64,000 bases of DNA from Okamejei kenojei. Its lineage: Eukaryota. A program made the translations under genes and the position numbers. The stretch spans positions 131,378,001 through 131,442,000 of the forward strand of contig CM069132.1 in the NCBI GenBank assembly GCA_035221665.1. Reading direction: 5' to 3'. The notes beneath the pieces were generated by a model. It was given only the letters and a program-made list of their open reading frames with translations, was not told the origin of the DNA and made no database searches. Positions 59,690 to 64,000 of this stretch are shown here, piece after piece (positions within the stretch are counted from its first letter, which is position 1; each line of letters begins with the position of its first letter).

Positions 59690-59866
59690 GAACAGCTGTA
59701 GAATCTGGTTTCCTCCCACACCCAAAGACTTTCAGGTTAATTGGCTTCTGTAAATTTGTAAATTGTCTCTACTGTGTGTAGGATAGTGCTAGTGTACAGG
59801 GTGATCGCTGGTCAGCGTGGTCTCGGTGGGCCTACATTTCTGCACTGCATCTCTACGGTCTAAAGT
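59690..59866 (+). mobile_element. V-SINE 3' part
   Basis: GGTTTCCTCCCACACCCAAAGAC..GTGTAGGATAGTGCTAGTGTAC..CTCGGTGGGCC. Confidence 0.75.
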
Positions 59867-60265
59867 CCCACTGAGTTACTCCAGCACTTTGCCATTTTTA
59901 TAAACAACGATCTGCAGTTCCTTGTTTGTACAGTTTAGAGAGGTGCAGACCATGTTTGCTTTAAACAGAGCATGGTGGATGCCTGGGAGGGACATCGGTC
60001 ATGTGCAGACAGATGAGTTTAGATTTTCTTGGCATTATGTTTGGCACAGAAATTGAGGGCCAATGGGCCTGTTCCTGTGCTGTACTTTATGTTTTTTGCT
60101 CCAAAACCAGAATTATTGCAACATACAAGGCTTAGAATTTGTAAATGCATAACTAAAACTCAGTTCACGCCAAACCTTGGTTAGTGTGAACGAGGCCCTG
60201 TTTCTGTACTGTATGACGATGTGACATGTTTTCACTCCACAAAAGCAGATTAACAGCTTTTCTTT

Positions 60266-60492
60266 TTTAGAGATACAGCGTGATAAACAGGCCCTTTGGC
60301 CCACCAAGTCAGAGTCGACCAGCGATCCCTGCACATCAACACTATCCTATACATACTAGGGACAATCTACAATTATACCAAGCCAATTAACGGGGAGAAC
60401 ATAAAAACTCTATACAGACAAGCACCCGTAGTCAGGATCGAACCCGGGTCTCTGGCGCTGTGAGGCATCCCTTCTACCGCTGCACCATCGTG
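60266..60492 (-). mobile_element. V-SINE copy with internal deletion
   Basis: Reverse complement CACGATGGTGCAGCGGTAGAAG..CAGCGCCAGAGACCCGGGTTCGATCCTGACTACGGG..TATCTCTAAA. Confidence 0.85.
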
Positions 60493-61287
60493 CAATTGAA
60501 AGGTGCTACACTAACACCACTGAAAGCTGATAGGCTTGATACAAATTATGTTCAGTCTCTTAGCTCAAGATGACCCAGATATATCACAGTGCCGGATCCA
60601 TGGTCACAGCTGGAAAGCAGATACACCTCACTACTTGCGTGTTGTTATGCAGAGTTGGAAGGCCAGAACTTGCTGATGTTCAGGTTGTAACTGATCAGCA
60701 ATTCTCAACCAAACCATCAGCTGCCCATAAATACAACCTGGGCCAATACAGAATCCAAGGGAAAAGAAAATTAATTAAATTAGGTGCACATAGAACATGT
60801 GACTCATAACCGCAAGGGCTAGTTGAGACAAATAGTGAGAATACATTTAAAGGAAAGTTGGATTCGCACACAAGGGAGAGAGTGATGTCAATAGAGCAGG
60901 GTTCAGGAAGGTGGAAGGAGCTCATGCAAAATGTTGACTTCATGGGCTGAATGGCCTATTTCAATGCAACTTTGTTGTAGAGGGAAAATAAACCTGACGT
61001 GTGTTTATTTGGTACCTTCTGAGTTCACCACAGTAATTTGCAGTGTTGGCAGGCTTCACGACAAGCACACATGCAAACAGGGCAGGTTTTATTCAGTAAA
61101 CTGGACTGGAGTAGGCAGTGGATATAGTTAGCTTGTCTCCTGGGCTATTTGCAATGAACACTGGGCAAAAAACATCCACAGTTTGCCCAGAACATTGGAC
61201 AATATGCAAACTGATGAACAACACAGGTTTTGGGGATTCTGAATGCAAAATTAAATACAAATTACAAAGGTTGTGGCCATCAATAAT

Positions 61288-63240
61288 TATAGGAGGCATG
61301 GAGTAAATGAGGTGCTAGAGGAGTATAAAGAATGTAAAAAGAATCTTAAGAAAGAAATTAGGAAGGCTAAAAGAAGATATGAGGTTGCTTTGGCAAGAAA
61401 GGTGAAAGTAAACCCAAAGGGTTTCTACAGCTATATTAATAGCAAAAGGATAACGAGGGATAAAATTGGACAATTAGAGAACCAGAATGGACAGCTATCT
61501 GCAGAGCCAAAAGAGATGGGGGAGATATTGAACAATTTCTTTTCTTCGGTATTCACCAAGGAGAAGGATATTGAACTCTGTGAGTTAAGGGGAAAAAGTA
61601 GAGTAGCTATGGAAACTATGAGATTCAAAGAGGAGGAGGTACTGACACTTTTGAAAAATATAAAAGTGGATAAGTCTCCAGGTCCTGACAGGATATTCCC
61701 TAGGACATTGAGGGAAGTTAGTGTAGAAATAGCAGGAGCTATGACAGAAATATTTCAAATGTCATTAGAAACGGGAATAGTGCCGGAGGATTGGCGTACT
61801 GCGCATATTGTTCCATTGTTTAAAAAGGGTTCAAAGAATAAACCTAGCAATTATAGACCAATTAATTTGACGACAGTGGTGGGCAAATTAATGGAAAGGA
61901 TACTTAGAGATAATATATATAAGCATCTGGATAAACAGGGTCTGATCAGGAACAGTCAACATGGATTTGTGCCTAGAAGGTCATGTTTGACAAACCTTCT
62001 TGAATGTTTTGAAGCGGTAACTAGGGAAATTGATGAGGGTAAAGCAGTGGATGTTGTCTATATGGATTTCAGTAAGGCCTTTGACAAGGTTCCCCATGGA
62101 AGGTTGGTTAAGAAGGTTCAATCTTTGGGTGTTAATGGCGGAGTAGCAAGATGGATTCAACAGTGGCTGAATGGGAGATGTCAGAGAGTAATGGTGGATG
62201 GCTGTTTGTCAGGTTGGAAGCCGGTGACCAGTGGGGTGCCTCAGGGATCTGTGTTGGGTCCACTGTTGTTTGTCATGTACATCAATGATCTGGATGATGG
62301 GGTGGAAAATTGGATAAGTAAGTATGCAGATGATACTAAGATAGGTGGTGTTGTGGATAATGAAGTAGATTTTCAAAATCTACAGAGAGATTTGGGCCAT
62401 TTGGAAAAGTGGGCTGAAAGATGGCAGATGGAGTTTAATGCTTGATAAGTGTGAAGTACTACATCTTGGCAGGACAAATCAAAATAGGAAGTACATGGTA
62501 AATGGTAGGGAATTGAGGAATGCTGTGGAACAGAGGGATCTAGGAATATCTGTGCATAGTTCCCTGAAGGTGGAATCGCATGTAGATAGGGTGGTAAAGA
62601 AAGCCTTTGGTGTGCTGGCCTTTATAAATCAGAGCATTGAATATAGGAGTAGGGAAGTAATGTTAAAATTGTACAAGGCATTGGTAAGACCAATTCTGGA
62701 GTATGGTGTACAATTTTGGTCGCCTAGTTATAGGAAGGATATCAACAAAATAGAGAAAGTACAGAGGAGATTTACTAGAATGTTGCCAGGGTTCCAGCAA
62801 CTATGTTACAGAGAAAGGTTGAACAAGTTAGGTCTTTATTCTTTGGAGCGCAGAAGGTTAAGGGGGGACTTGATTGAGGTCTTTAAAATGATGAAAGGGA
62901 TAGACAGAGTCGACGTGGATAAGCGTTTTCCCATTGAGGGTAGGGAAGATTCAAACAAGAGGGCATGGCATGAGAATTTAAGGGACAGAAGTTTAGGGGT
63001 AACGTGAGGGGGAACTTCTTTACTCAGAGGGTGGTGGCTGTGTGGAATGAACTTCCAGCAGAAGTGGTGGAGGCAGGATCGATTTTAACATTTAAAAGTG
63101 GATAGGTATATGGACGTGAAGGGAATGGAGGGGTATGGTCTGAGTGCAGGTAGATGGGACTAGGGGAAAACAAATGGTCGGCACGGACTGGAAGGGCCGA
63201 GAGGGCCTGTCTCCGTGCTGTAATTGTTATATGGTTATAT
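61288..63240 (+). mobile_element. CR1 family B, longest copy (5'-truncated, complete RT domain)
   Basis: KSPGPD, NYRPINLT, QHGF, YMDFSKAFD, GVPQGSVLGP, YADD; +1 frameshift near 62442 and indels near 62930-63000; tail GTTATATGGTTATAT. Confidence 0.96.
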
Positions 63241-63468
63241 CTTCTGTAGTCAATGATATGCTTAAAAATATACACTTGAAATTGTGGTAGCTTCATCCAG
63301 CAGTTCTATTTTGATATTATGAAGCAAGATTCAAGGTGTTTGTCATGAAGATGCTCAATTTGCTCAACTAATGTAATCTGGTCTACAACTGTGAGTACAG
63401 TAGTGTTCATCTTTTAACAAATAAAGACAACATTTCAAAGTAATTTCTTACTATGGCCGAAGTAAGAG

Positions 63469-63880
63469 ATCTGAAGAAGGGTCCTGACCCAAAACATCAC
63501 CTGTTCATGTGCTCCTCATAACTCATAGGAGCAGAATTGACCATTTGGCCCATTGAGTTAACTCTGCCATTCAATCATGGTTGATTTATCTTTCCCTCTC
63601 AACTTCCCCCATTCTTCTGTCTTCTCCCCATATCCTTCTGAGATGCCACCTGACCCGTTGAGTTAGTCCAACAAGAGTTTCCACCAATCACTTGCCATGC
63701 TTTATTCCGCACCAACCTTTCTGCCAGCTCCCTCTTCCCCACTACAATCTGTCTGAAGAATTATCCCAACGCAAAACATGGCTTATCCATGTCCTTCAGA
63801 GATGCACCCTGACCAGCCTAGTTACTCTAGCACTCTGTTAGATGCAAGATTCCAGCATCTGAAGTTCCTTGTGTCTGCAC
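63469..63880 (+). mobile_element. Two Penelope-like terminal repeats in direct orientation, the first split by a CR1 3'UTR piece (~63520-63635, minus)
   Basis: CTGAAGAAGGGTCCTGACCCAAAACATC at 63471 and GTCTGAAGAATTATCCCAACGCAAAAC at 63751, each followed by GAGATGC..CTGACC..GTTA. Confidence 0.6.
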
Positions 63881-64000
63881 TAATCCCAACTGTTGTTAAT
63901 TTTAATACCACTCAAAAGTAACACTGCAGAAATGCTCTCAAATTCCAAAGCTTTTTCCAAGGCACTTTCAGGTTTATACTAGGTTCCTGTAAATAAGAAT

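Noticed and set aside
61273-62445. Intact 390-aa protein gene starting MAINNY
   Set aside because: The start is supplied by flanking DNA; it is a 5'-truncated CR1 ORF2 ending at a frameshift
1-64000. CRISPR array, rRNA or prokaryotic operon-like system
   Set aside because: No regularly spaced repeat-spacer array, no rRNA-like sequence; the window is eukaryotic repeat-rich DNA

Overview
Repeat-dominated, non-coding vertebrate DNA. The V-domain tRNA-SINEs with CR1-type tails, two CR1 LINE families and Rex1/Babar-like fragments suggest a cartilaginous fish, probably a skate or ray (inference). I found no supportable host protein-coding exon, so the window is probably intronic or intergenic, and every ORF with recognisable protein motifs is transposon-derived. 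Main contents: (1) two copies of an IR/DR-type DD34E Tc1 transposon, one splitting a tRNA-Phe gene and one hosting a CR1 insertion; (2) a decayed Ty3/Gypsy element with ~110-bp LTRs, a tRNA-Leu primer site and a PPT, whose gag is interrupted by two CR1 insertions; (3) many CR1 copies, including a 5'-complete, internally deleted one with an SGNH-esterase ORF1; (4) a TG..CA solo-LTR-like insertion with a 4-bp TSD inside an old CR1; (5) three ~300-bp MITEs sharing a terminal motif; (6) a dispersed, often palindromic, short repeat carrying a minimal hammerhead-ribozyme core typical of Penelope-like element termini; (7) a G-rich minisatellite and two assembly gaps. The best candidates for something undescribed are the hammerhead-bearing fold-back retro-repeat and the nested insertion events. 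I see no evidence of a new protein-coding system. Coordinates were read by eye; junctions quoted with sequence should be accurate to a few bases, and boundaries of old fragments are approximate.
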